Positions 25,472 through 32,761 of a DNA stretch of 36,705 bases are shown here, piece after piece (positions within the stretch are counted from its first letter, which is position 1; each line of letters starts with the position of its first letter). Both the position numbers and the translations under genes were made by a program. The DNA comes from Verrucomicrobiota bacterium. Its GTDB lineage: Bacteria; Verrucomicrobiota; Verrucomicrobiia; Limisphaerales; CAIQOK01. The stretch lies in assembly GCA_043781315.1 (NCBI GenBank), contig JAYWBR010000248.1, forward strand, positions 1 through 36,705, given 5' to 3'. The notes below the pieces were generated by a model. That model was not told the DNA's origin. It worked only from the letters and a program-made list of their open reading frames with translations, and ran no database searches.

Positions 25472-26293
25472 TCAGAAGAACGGATTGTGCGCCTTCTCTT
25501 CGCCGACGGTCGTCAACGGCCCGTGGCCGGAACAGATCAGCGTGTCGGCGGGCAACGTTAAAATTTGTTCGCGCACTTTTTGCCGCGCCAGATCCCACGC
25601 GCCATTGCCGCCGCCCATCGAGCCGGCAAAGATCGTGTCGCCCACGATGGCCACATGCGGCGCGTCTTCCGACCAGTTGCCGACGAGGTACGTCACGCCG
25701 TCCTCCGCGTGGCCGGGCGTCTCGCGATTCGTGATGCGCAGGCTGCCGAGGTGCAGGCAGTCGTTGCGGCGGTTCTTGTGCTGCGGCAATGAACCTTTGG
25801 CGTCGGTGTGCAAATGGATCTTGGGAAATGCCTCGCGGATTTTCGCCAGCCCCGCCATGTGGTCGGGATGCGTGTGGGTGATGAAGACGTGCTTCAGTTG
25901 CAGTTGGTTTGCCTCGACCATTTTCAAAATGGGCGCGGCGTCCCAGCCGGTGTCGAACACGGCCGCTTCCCGCGTGACCTCATCCCACACGAGATAGCAA
26001 TGCACCGCGCAACCGTCTTCCGTGGTGGTGATCTGATGCAGTTCGCGCCAGAGGCCGAGGTCTTTTTTTTCCGGCAACCAGCCTTGGGCGATGCCTTCCA
26101 ACTTCACGGCGTTCAAGCCGAGCAACGGCGCGAGGGCCGGGAAATTAATTTTCTTCGCCGTGGTGCCGGAGGTTTCCAGTGCGGTCAGTTCTGCCTCGGT
26201 CAAACCGGCGGCGGCCGCGGCGGCGGCGGGTGCGACGCCGGTCATCGAACGCGCCTTGCGGATGATGTCACCTAAATGATCTTCGAGATTCAT
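25472..26293 (-). CDS. MBL-fold metallo-hydrolase with an N-terminal XRE-type HTH-like segment
   Basis: ATG at 26293 gives MNLEDHLGDIIRKARSMTG...LTEAELTALETSG, which looks like a Cro/C1-type HTH. The MBL motifs are THTHPDH, a later GH and a later GHG. The ORF-track start at 26416 is rejected. Confidence 0.82.
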   Translation of the reverse strand: MNLEDHLGDIIRKARSMTGVAPAAAAAAAGLTEAELTALETSGTTAKKINFPALAPLLGLNAVKLEGIAQGWLPEKKDLGLWRELHQITTTEDGCAVHCYLVWDEVTREAAVFDTGWDAAPILKMVEANQLQLKHVFITHTHPDHMAGLAKIREAFPKIHLHTDAKGSLPQHKNRRNDCLHLGSLRITNRETPGHAEDGVTYLVGNWSEDAPHVAIVGDTIFAGSMGGGNGAWDLARQKVREQILTLPADTLICSGHGPLTTVGEEKAHNPFF

Positions 26294-26546
26294 GCGCGAG
26301 ACGGTAGCCGTGCGCCGCTTGGAGTCGCAAGCTTTAGGTTGCTCGAAAGTAATGGCCACGCGACCTGGTTCTGCGGAGACGCGGTTGCGCAACCTTGTCC
26401 CCACATCTGGTGACATGCGCGTTTTTCCAACCGGTGTATTCTCATCGTGTCGTTGAGATGCAATTCGCAGTGTTCCGTGTGTGTGATGTTAGGCGTATGT
26501 CTGCGGCGCCGCACCAGCGATGAAGTTTGAGTGATTTGTTCTCATG

Positions 26547-26577
26547 GGGCCGGACGCAAGTCCGGCCCTTGTTGTTT
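26547..26577 (+). terminator. Orphan intrinsic terminator candidate upstream of the secretion ATPase gene
   Basis: GGGCCGGAC-GCAA-GTCCGGCCC has a perfect 9-bp stem and a GNRA loop (26547-26568), followed by TTGTTGTTT. The reverse strand has no T tract. Confidence 0.5.
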
Positions 26578-26678
26578 CCCCCCTCCCCCGCCGAAGCACT
26601 TGCCTGAATAATTTGCTTCTGCCCGCAACTTTTTCTAGTCTGCCGTGTATCAATGGTAAATGTGTGACCGGTAATTGA

Positions 26679-28436
26679 ATGTCCTTTGTAACCCTTAAAG
26701 ATTTTTTCGCGCAGCTGGGGCTGGTGACCCCGGCGCAGTTTGACGAGCATAGCAAGGCCTGGCGCGTGGCGGTGGAAAGCGGTTCACAGGAGTCGCTGCT
26801 CGGTTTCATCTGCCGCGAACGGGGCATGGCCGAGGACGTTTTCCTCCAGAAACTTTCCGCCGCGCTCAACTGGCCCTTCCTGGATCTGCCCAAGCTCGAA
26901 ATCCCCTTGCCGGCCCGCACCAAAATTTCCACCAAGGTCGCCTTCCAATATTCCGTCCTGCCCACGAACCTTGTGGACGGCACCGTGCAGGTGGCCGTCA
27001 GCAATCCGTTCGACACCGCCATGCTCAACGCCGTGCGGTTCGACGCGCGCGGCCCGGTGCATTTCGCCCTCGCGCCCAAGGCGGAAATCGAAAAGGCGCT
27101 GAAAAAATATTACGGCGTCGGCGCGGAGACCCTCGACGAAATGAAGGACGCCAGCGAGGACGAATCGCTGGAACTGCTGCTCGGCGACAAGGAAATCACC
27201 GAGGGCGACCAGGAAGCCAGCGTCATCAAGTTCGTCAACCAGGTCATCTGGGAAGCCTTCAAAGACCGCGCCACGGACATTCACCTCGAACCGCAAGAAG
27301 ACGAGCTGCGCATCCGCTACCGCATTGACGGCATCCTGCACCAGACGCCGATGCCGCCGCAGTTGAAGCGCTTTCAGTCCTCCATCATTTCGCGCATCAA
27401 GGTCATGAGCGGGATGAACATTTCCGAAAAACGCCTGCCGCAGGACGGTCGCATCAACGTCCGCATCAAGGGCGAGGAAATTGACATCCGCGTTTCCACC
27501 GTGCCGACCGTCTATGGCGAATCGGTTTCGCTGCGCTTGCTGACGCGCGGAAAAATTTTCCTGAGCCTGGAGAAGCTCGGCTTTGCCGCGAAGGACGAAG
27601 CGATGATCCGCGAGATCATCATCAAGCCGCACGGCATTTTCCTCGTCACCGGCCCGACTGGCTCCGGCAAATCCACCTCGCTCTACGCCTTTCTCAGTTC
27701 CATCAACTCGATCCAGAAGCGCATCATCACGATTGAGGAACCCGTCGAATACGAACTCAAAGGCATCAACCAGATCGCTGTGCGTCCCGAGATCGGCCTG
27801 ACCTTCGCGATGGGTTTGCGCCATATTCTGCGCCAGGATCCGAACGTCGTGATGATCGGGGAAATCCGCGATTTGGAAACCGCCGAGATCGCCATCCGCG
27901 CGTCGCTCACCGGCCACTTGGTCTTCAGCACGCTGCACACAAACGACGCGTCCAGCGCGTTCACGCGGTTGATTGACATGGGCATCGAGCCGTTCCTCGT
28001 GGCGTCGTCCGTCGAAGCCGTCATGGCCCAGCGCCTCGTCCGCATCATTTGTCCGCACTGCAAGGTGGAGCAGAAAGTTTCCGCCGATTACATCAAGAAG
28101 ATCGGCTTTCCCGAACATGAAGTCGCCACGACCAAGTTCATGCGCGGCGTGGGCTGCGAAGAATGTCGTCAGCTTGGCTATCAGGGACGCAAAGGTATTT
28201 ACGAATTGCTTATTGTCACCGAAGCCATTCGCCCGCTCGTGATGAATCGTTCGTCGGCCACGACCATCGCGCAGCACGCCATCGAAGCCGGTATGAGAAC
28301 GCTCCGCACCGACGGCTGGAACAAAGTCAAAGGCGGCCAGACCACCATCGAAGAAGTTTTGCGCGTGACGCAGATCGAGGAACATCTGGACTCGCTGGCC
28401 GAAGGCTCCAACAAATTGCTAAGAACCCAGAGCTAG
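26679..28436 (+). CDS. gspE: Type II secretion / type IV pilus assembly ATPase (GspE/PilB family)
   Basis: An N-terminal T2SSE_N-like domain is present. The Walker A motif is GPTGSGKST, the Walker B-like motif is VVMIGEIRD and the His box is GHLVFSTLHTN. The tetracysteine motif is CPHC...CEEC. Confidence 0.92.
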   Translation: MSFVTLKDFFAQLGLVTPAQFDEHSKAWRVAVESGSQESLLGFICRERGMAEDVFLQKLSAALNWPFLDLPKLEIPLPARTKISTKVAFQYSVLPTNLVDGTVQVAVSNPFDTAMLNAVRFDARGPVHFALAPKAEIEKALKKYYGVGAETLDEMKDASEDESLELLLGDKEITEGDQEASVIKFVNQVIWEAFKDRATDIHLEPQEDELRIRYRIDGILHQTPMPPQLKRFQSSIISRIKVMSGMNISEKRLPQDGRINVRIKGEEIDIRVSTVPTVYGESVSLRLLTRGKIFLSLEKLGFAAKDEAMIREIIIKPHGIFLVTGPTGSGKSTSLYAFLSSINSIQKRIITIEEPVEYELKGINQIAVRPEIGLTFAMGLRHILRQDPNVVMIGEIRDLETAEIAIRASLTGHLVFSTLHTNDASSAFTRLIDMGIEPFLVASSVEAVMAQRLVRIICPHCKVEQKVSADYIKKIGFPEHEVATTKFMRGVGCEECRQLGYQGRKGIYELLIVTEAIRPLVMNRSSATTIAQHAIEAGMRTLRTDGWNKVKGGQTTIEEVLRVTQIEEHLDSLAEGSNKLLRTQS

Positions 28437-28502
28437 ATGAAAAACACCCACCGACAACTCCGACCAATGTCAAAAGCAGAAGGCCGAACGCACGGCGCGC
28501 GT

Positions 28503-28532
28503 TTCGTCATTCGTCATTCGTCATTCGTCATT
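28503..28532. repeat. Tandem heptamer (TTCGTCA)x4 plus a partial unit
   Basis: Four exact contiguous 7-nt units span 28503-28530, followed by TT. The tract ends 8 nt before the ATG at 28540. Confidence 0.9.
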
Positions 28533-28539
28533 TCCTGAT

Positions 28540-29907
28540 ATGCCCCGCTGGGATTCCTGCAACCTACTTCAAGCCGGCCTGAACGGCAGCCGCGTCTGGC
28601 AGTTCAACAAGAACGGCTCATTGAACCGCGAGCACGCCGGCAAGGCGGGTGAACCGCTGCCCGCCGGTCTCATCACCAAGAGCTGGGGCGCGCTCGTTCA
28701 GAAAAAAATGAACGTCGCCTGGCTCCCGCCGGAACACGTCTTCATCCGCGCCGCGCAATTTCCCCCGGCCTCGCCCGCCGAGACGCGCACGATGGTCGAG
28801 TTGCAGTTAGAAAAACTTTCGCCCATTCCCGTCACCCAGGCCGTGTGGAGCATGCACCTCCTGCCCTCGGCGAAACCCGACGGCCTCCAGACCGTCATCC
28901 TCATCGTCGCCGAACGCAGCGCCGTGGAAAAATATCTTGGCCAGCTCGAAGGCCAGGGTTTCATGGCCGACCGGCTTGAACTGCCGATGCTGGATCAATT
29001 GCTCGCCACCAAGGTGGAGGGCGACGGCGCGTGGATCTTTCCCGAAAGCCCGAACTCCGCGCTCGTCGCCTGGTGGTACGGCGGCACGTTGCAAAGCGTT
29101 GGATTGATCGCGGTCGGCACCGCCGAAAACCGCGCGGCCAGCTTGAAAGATCAGCTCGTTCACATGGCCTGGGCCGGGGAACTCGACGGCTGGATCACCT
29201 CGCCGCCGGACTGGCAGCTCGTGGCGGACGCGGCGTCTGCGGGCGAATGGGAATCTCCGTTGCGCGAAGGTCTCGGCACGCCGATAAAAACCATCACGCC
29301 CATTGCTCCCGCCGACCTTGCCGCCCGCACCGCCAAGCGCGTCGCCGAATCCACCGACGATTTGAATCTGCTCCCGCCGGAGTTTGCCAAACGCTACCAG
29401 CAGCAGTTCGTGGATCGCCTGTGGATGCGCGGCCTGGGTGCGGTCCTCGGCCTTTATCTCATCGGCTGCCTGATCTTTTTTGTGGCCGCCGGCGTGTTCG
29501 ATCATCAGACCGCCAAGCAGGAGCAGACCGTGGCGGAACGCTGCTACGACTACACCAATTCCCTCCAGCTCAAGGCGCGCTTCGACGTTCTCAAAGACCG
29601 GCAGGCGTTGCGATTTGCCGCGCTGGACTGCTGGGAAGCCGTCGCCGAAAAAATTCCGTCGGGCGTCACGGTGGATTCCATGAACTTCAACGACGGCAAA
29701 CGCATCCGGCTTGACGGCACCGCGCCGCTCTCTCAGGTGAAAGAAGTGATTGAGTTTAGCGGCAATGTCCGCAAGGCCTCTACGGCTGAAGGTCAGGAGC
29801 TGTTCAACCGAAACGGCGGCGACCCGTTCTCATACAACGCCAACCAAGACAAGGACGCAATCCGATGGAACTTTGGGTTGGAGTTGAAAAAAGGGGAGGT
29901 GGAATGA
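28540..29907 (+). CDS. GspL-like assembly protein: a PilM-type cytoplasmic domain fused to a PilN-type NLLP/TM/periplasmic domain
   Basis: The N-terminal roughly 270 aa have a PilM/GspL-like pattern (VELQLEKLSPIPV..., VILIVAERSAVEKYLGQLEGQGF, LELPMLDQLL) but no obvious DxG phosphate-binding motif. This is followed by DLNLLPPEF (nt 29365-29382), a TM helix (about nt 29425-29496), a coiled coil and an alpha/beta domain. Confidence 0.7.
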   Translation: MPRWDSCNLLQAGLNGSRVWQFNKNGSLNREHAGKAGEPLPAGLITKSWGALVQKKMNVAWLPPEHVFIRAAQFPPASPAETRTMVELQLEKLSPIPVTQAVWSMHLLPSAKPDGLQTVILIVAERSAVEKYLGQLEGQGFMADRLELPMLDQLLATKVEGDGAWIFPESPNSALVAWWYGGTLQSVGLIAVGTAENRAASLKDQLVHMAWAGELDGWITSPPDWQLVADAASAGEWESPLREGLGTPIKTITPIAPADLAARTAKRVAESTDDLNLLPPEFAKRYQQQFVDRLWMRGLGAVLGLYLIGCLIFFVAAGVFDHQTAKQEQTVAERCYDYTNSLQLKARFDVLKDRQALRFAALDCWEAVAEKIPSGVTVDSMNFNDGKRIRLDGTAPLSQVKEVIEFSGNVRKASTAEGQELFNRNGGDPFSYNANQDKDAIRWNFGLELKKGEVE

Positions 29908-30545
29908 ACACTTATCTTTCAAAATTAAATTCCAGCGAGCGCCGCTTCGTCGTCGCCGTGGGCATGGCGTTCTTTCTCGTCATCAATATATTCTGGGTCT
30001 GGCCGCACTTCTCCGATTGGAGCGTCATCCGGGGCCGGCTTGACGCCGCGAACGCCACGTTGGCGACTTTCGATGCAGCGTTTCAAAAGACCAACGACAT
30101 CGCAAAAGAAGTGGAAAAAATGCAGCGCGGCGGCGGCAATGTTCCGCCCGAGGATCAGGCCGTGGCGTTTCAGCAGACGATCCAGGGACAGGCCGCGCAA
30201 AGCGGCGTACGGGTCGGCGGCACCGGCCGGCTCATCACCCGCACCAACCAGTTTTTCATGGAGCAAATCCAGACCATCACCGTGGCCGCCGGGGAAAAAC
30301 AACTCGTGGATTTTCTCTACAACCTCGGCTCCGGCGACTCGCTCGTGCGCGTCCGCGATTTGTCCGTCCGCCCGGATCCGCCGCGCCAGCAGTTGCAGGC
30401 CAACATCACCCTGATCGCCAGCTACCAGAAAAATGTCAAGGTGGCCGCCGCGCCCGCCGCCAAACCGGTGGCTGCACCGGCTCCGCCCAAAGCCGCGCCG
30501 CCCGCCGTGCCGGATACTTCCAAACCCGCTACTCCGAAGAAATAA
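29904..30545 (+). CDS. PilO/GspM-like bitopic inner-membrane protein with a Pro/Ala/Lys-rich C-terminal tail
   Basis: ATG at 29904 overlaps the upstream stop (ATGA) and is preceded by AAGGGGAGGTGG. The architecture is a short N-terminus, a TM helix (FVVAVGMAFFLVINIFWVW), a coiled coil and a ferredoxin-like segment (QLVDFLYNLGSGDSLVRVRDLSVRP...ANITLIASY). The stop overlaps the secretin start (TAATG). Confidence 0.6.
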   Translation: MNTYLSKLNSSERRFVVAVGMAFFLVINIFWVWPHFSDWSVIRGRLDAANATLATFDAAFQKTNDIAKEVEKMQRGGGNVPPEDQAVAFQQTIQGQAAQSGVRVGGTGRLITRTNQFFMEQIQTITVAAGEKQLVDFLYNLGSGDSLVRVRDLSVRPDPPRQQLQANITLIASYQKNVKVAAAPAAKPVAAPAPPKAAPPAVPDTSKPATPKK

Positions 30546-32761
30546 TGAAAAAGTCACTCGCCTTCCTGCTCCTGCTCGTGGCCGTCTCCTGTTCGCAGAC
30601 CCCGACCAAGCGCGCCTCCAAACACCCGGCGGCCACCGCCCCCGACTTTTCCGCGACCAGCGGCCTGAAGGTCATTGCCGGCACCAACGCCAGTTTGGAA
30701 ACGATTCATCCCGACAAGGCCGAAGCCGCCGCGCCCGCGCATGTTGACACTGCGCCGGTTGCAACCAATGCGCCCACCCTGAAGGTTTCAGTCCCCGCAC
30801 CCGCCGTCCCGGCCGTCGCCGAAGAGATGATTCCCGCCGGCACGATCAATTTTCCAGCGGCGGATTTGAAAGAGGTCTTGAAAATTTATTCCGAGCTGGT
30901 GAACCGCACCATTTTGCAGCCGGCGAACCTTGGCTCGCCGCAGATCACGTTGAAGACACAGACGCCGCTCACCAAGAAAGAGGCGCTCTCGGCATTTGAA
31001 GCGGTGTTCGCGCTGAACGGCATTTCCCTCGTCAACATTGGCGATAAGTTTGTGAAGGTTGTCCCCGCCGCGCAAGCCCACACCGAAGGCGCAGTCAATG
31101 ACACGCGCACGGCGGCGGAACTCCCCGACCTCGGCCAGTACCTCACGCACGTCGTCCAGTTGAAATACACCAAGCCCAGCGAAATGGTTCCCGCCCTCCA
31201 GCCGTTCGCCAAATTGAATTCCATCCTGCCGATGGACGGCAGCATGATCCTCATCATCCGCGACTACACGGAAAACGTGAAGCGCATGTTGGAAATGATT
31301 GACCAGATTGACGTGAACGTGCCGTCGGAATTCGTCTCCGAAGTCATCCCGATCAAATACGCCAAGGCCAGCGAAATGGCGGATGCGTTGAACAGCCTCG
31401 GCGCCAGCGGTGGCGGTGGCGGCGGCAGCGTGGGTTCACGCGGCAGCAGCACGCGCGGGGCGACTCGCTCCACCACCACCGGTGCCTTCAACCGCACCGG
31501 GGCCAGCGGCGGTTTCGGCGGCGCTTCGCCGTACGGCGGCCAGGGCGGCCTCGGCGGCCAACCCGGCGGGATCGGCGGCCAGCCCGGTGGCCAGCCCACC
31601 AGTTTCACCGACCGTTTGTCCAAGCTGATCAGCAAGGCGTCCTCCTCCGGCGACCTCCAGCTTTTCGGCCAGATGAAAATGATCGCCGACGAGCGCTCCA
31701 ACTCGCTGCTCATCTTCGCCACGCGCCCGGACATGGAAATGATCAAGAGCGTCATCGCCAAGCTGGACGTGGTGCTGGCGCAGGTGCTGATCGAGACGGT
31801 GATCCTGGACGTGCAGATCGGCAACGGCTGGAATTACGGCATCAGCGCCGGCCAAAATCCCCGGAACTTCACGCAAGGCTCCAACATCGTCGGCACCATT
31901 GGCGGCACGGCCAATTCTTCCGGCGGCAGCCTGGACACGCTGGCCAAATTTTTTGGCAACACGTTCGTCTCGAATTCCTCCACCGCTTTCCCGGCGGCGG
32001 GCGGGCTTAATTACTTTGGCCGTTACACCGGCAACATTGACGTGGCCGTGCAGGCCGCCATCTCCTCTGGTCGCGCGAACGTCGTGCAGCGTCCGCAAAT
32101 CCTCACCACACACGCCACCGCCGGCTCCATTTTCATCGGCAGCACGATCCCGTACGTCACCAGCAGTTACGGCGGCGGCGCTTACGGTTCGGGAAATTCC
32201 TACCAGCAGTTGCAGGTCGGCATCGGCTTGAACGTGACGCCGTACATCAATCAGGACGGCCTCGTGGTGATGCAGATTGACGAACAGATCAACGAACTCA
32301 GTGCCAAGTCCACCACCATTGCCGGCGTCGGCGACGTGCCCAACACCGTCAACCGCACGCTGTCAGCGGAAGTGGCCGTGCGCGATGGCGACACCATCAT
32401 CCTCGGCGGCTTCATCCGCAACTCCGACAGCAAGGCCGAATCCGGCGTGCCGATCTTGAAGGACATTCCCCTGCTCGGCGAACTGTTCAAGAGCAAGTCC
32501 GACACGAAGGAACGCAAAGAACTGCTCGTGCTGATGAAACCCACCGTCCTCCGCACCCCGGAACTGGCCGCCCAACACACGGCGGAAATGAAAAACCATC
32601 TGCCCGGCGTCCTGCGCGCCGAGGCCGAATTGAAAGCGGATGAACAGCGGCAACTGGATGAGGATCGCAAAGTGGTGCGCGCCGAACAGCGGAAAGCCGC
32701 CGCGCGCAAAGCGAGATACACGCCGGAAGAAAAGGCCTACGAAGACAGCAAGCCTAAATAG
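30545..32761 (+). CDS. Secretin (GspD/PilQ family), probable lipoprotein
   Basis: A lipobox-like signal is present (LLLLVAVSC). N-domains are visible (INFPAADLKEVLKIYSELVNRTIL, VVQLKYTKPSEMVPAL, VIPIKYAKASEMADAL). The secretin core shows VLIETVILDV, RPQILTTHATAG, VTPYINQDGLVVMQI, GDTIILGGF, SGVPILKDIPLLGELF and ELLVLMKPTVL. Confidence 0.9.
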   Translation: MKKSLAFLLLLVAVSCSQTPTKRASKHPAATAPDFSATSGLKVIAGTNASLETIHPDKAEAAAPAHVDTAPVATNAPTLKVSVPAPAVPAVAEEMIPAGTINFPAADLKEVLKIYSELVNRTILQPANLGSPQITLKTQTPLTKKEALSAFEAVFALNGISLVNIGDKFVKVVPAAQAHTEGAVNDTRTAAELPDLGQYLTHVVQLKYTKPSEMVPALQPFAKLNSILPMDGSMILIIRDYTENVKRMLEMIDQIDVNVPSEFVSEVIPIKYAKASEMADALNSLGASGGGGGGSVGSRGSSTRGATRSTTTGAFNRTGASGGFGGASPYGGQGGLGGQPGGIGGQPGGQPTSFTDRLSKLISKASSSGDLQLFGQMKMIADERSNSLLIFATRPDMEMIKSVIAKLDVVLAQVLIETVILDVQIGNGWNYGISAGQNPRNFTQGSNIVGTIGGTANSSGGSLDTLAKFFGNTFVSNSSTAFPAAGGLNYFGRYTGNIDVAVQAAISSGRANVVQRPQILTTHATAGSIFIGSTIPYVTSSYGGGAYGSGNSYQQLQVGIGLNVTPYINQDGLVVMQIDEQINELSAKSTTIAGVGDVPNTVNRTLSAEVAVRDGDTIILGGFIRNSDSKAESGVPILKDIPLLGELFKSKSDTKERKELLVLMKPTVLRTPELAAQHTAEMKNHLPGVLRAEAELKADEQRQLDEDRKVVRAEQRKAAARKARYTPEEKAYEDSKPK

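Noticed and set aside
26420-26577. A possible c-di-GMP (GEMM-type) riboswitch upstream of the secretion ATPase, prompted by GGACGCAAGTCC resembling the GACGCAAAGCC core.
   Set aside because: The partner GGCAAACC-type tetraloop-receptor hairpin and the overall two-hairpin architecture are not present. The resemblance is limited to a GNRA-capped stem. It is kept only as a generic terminator or leader candidate.
21603-32760. Interpretation of the repeat-bracketed 11.7-kb block as a recently acquired integrative or mobile element.
   Set aside because: No integrase, recombinase, transposase, conjugation or phage genes lie inside the block. It carries housekeeping genes (mpl, tRNA-Arg, tRNA-His). 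The repeats are diverged at roughly 20 percent or more. An ancient rearrangement or paralog decay is more likely, and it is reported only as a lower-interest finding.
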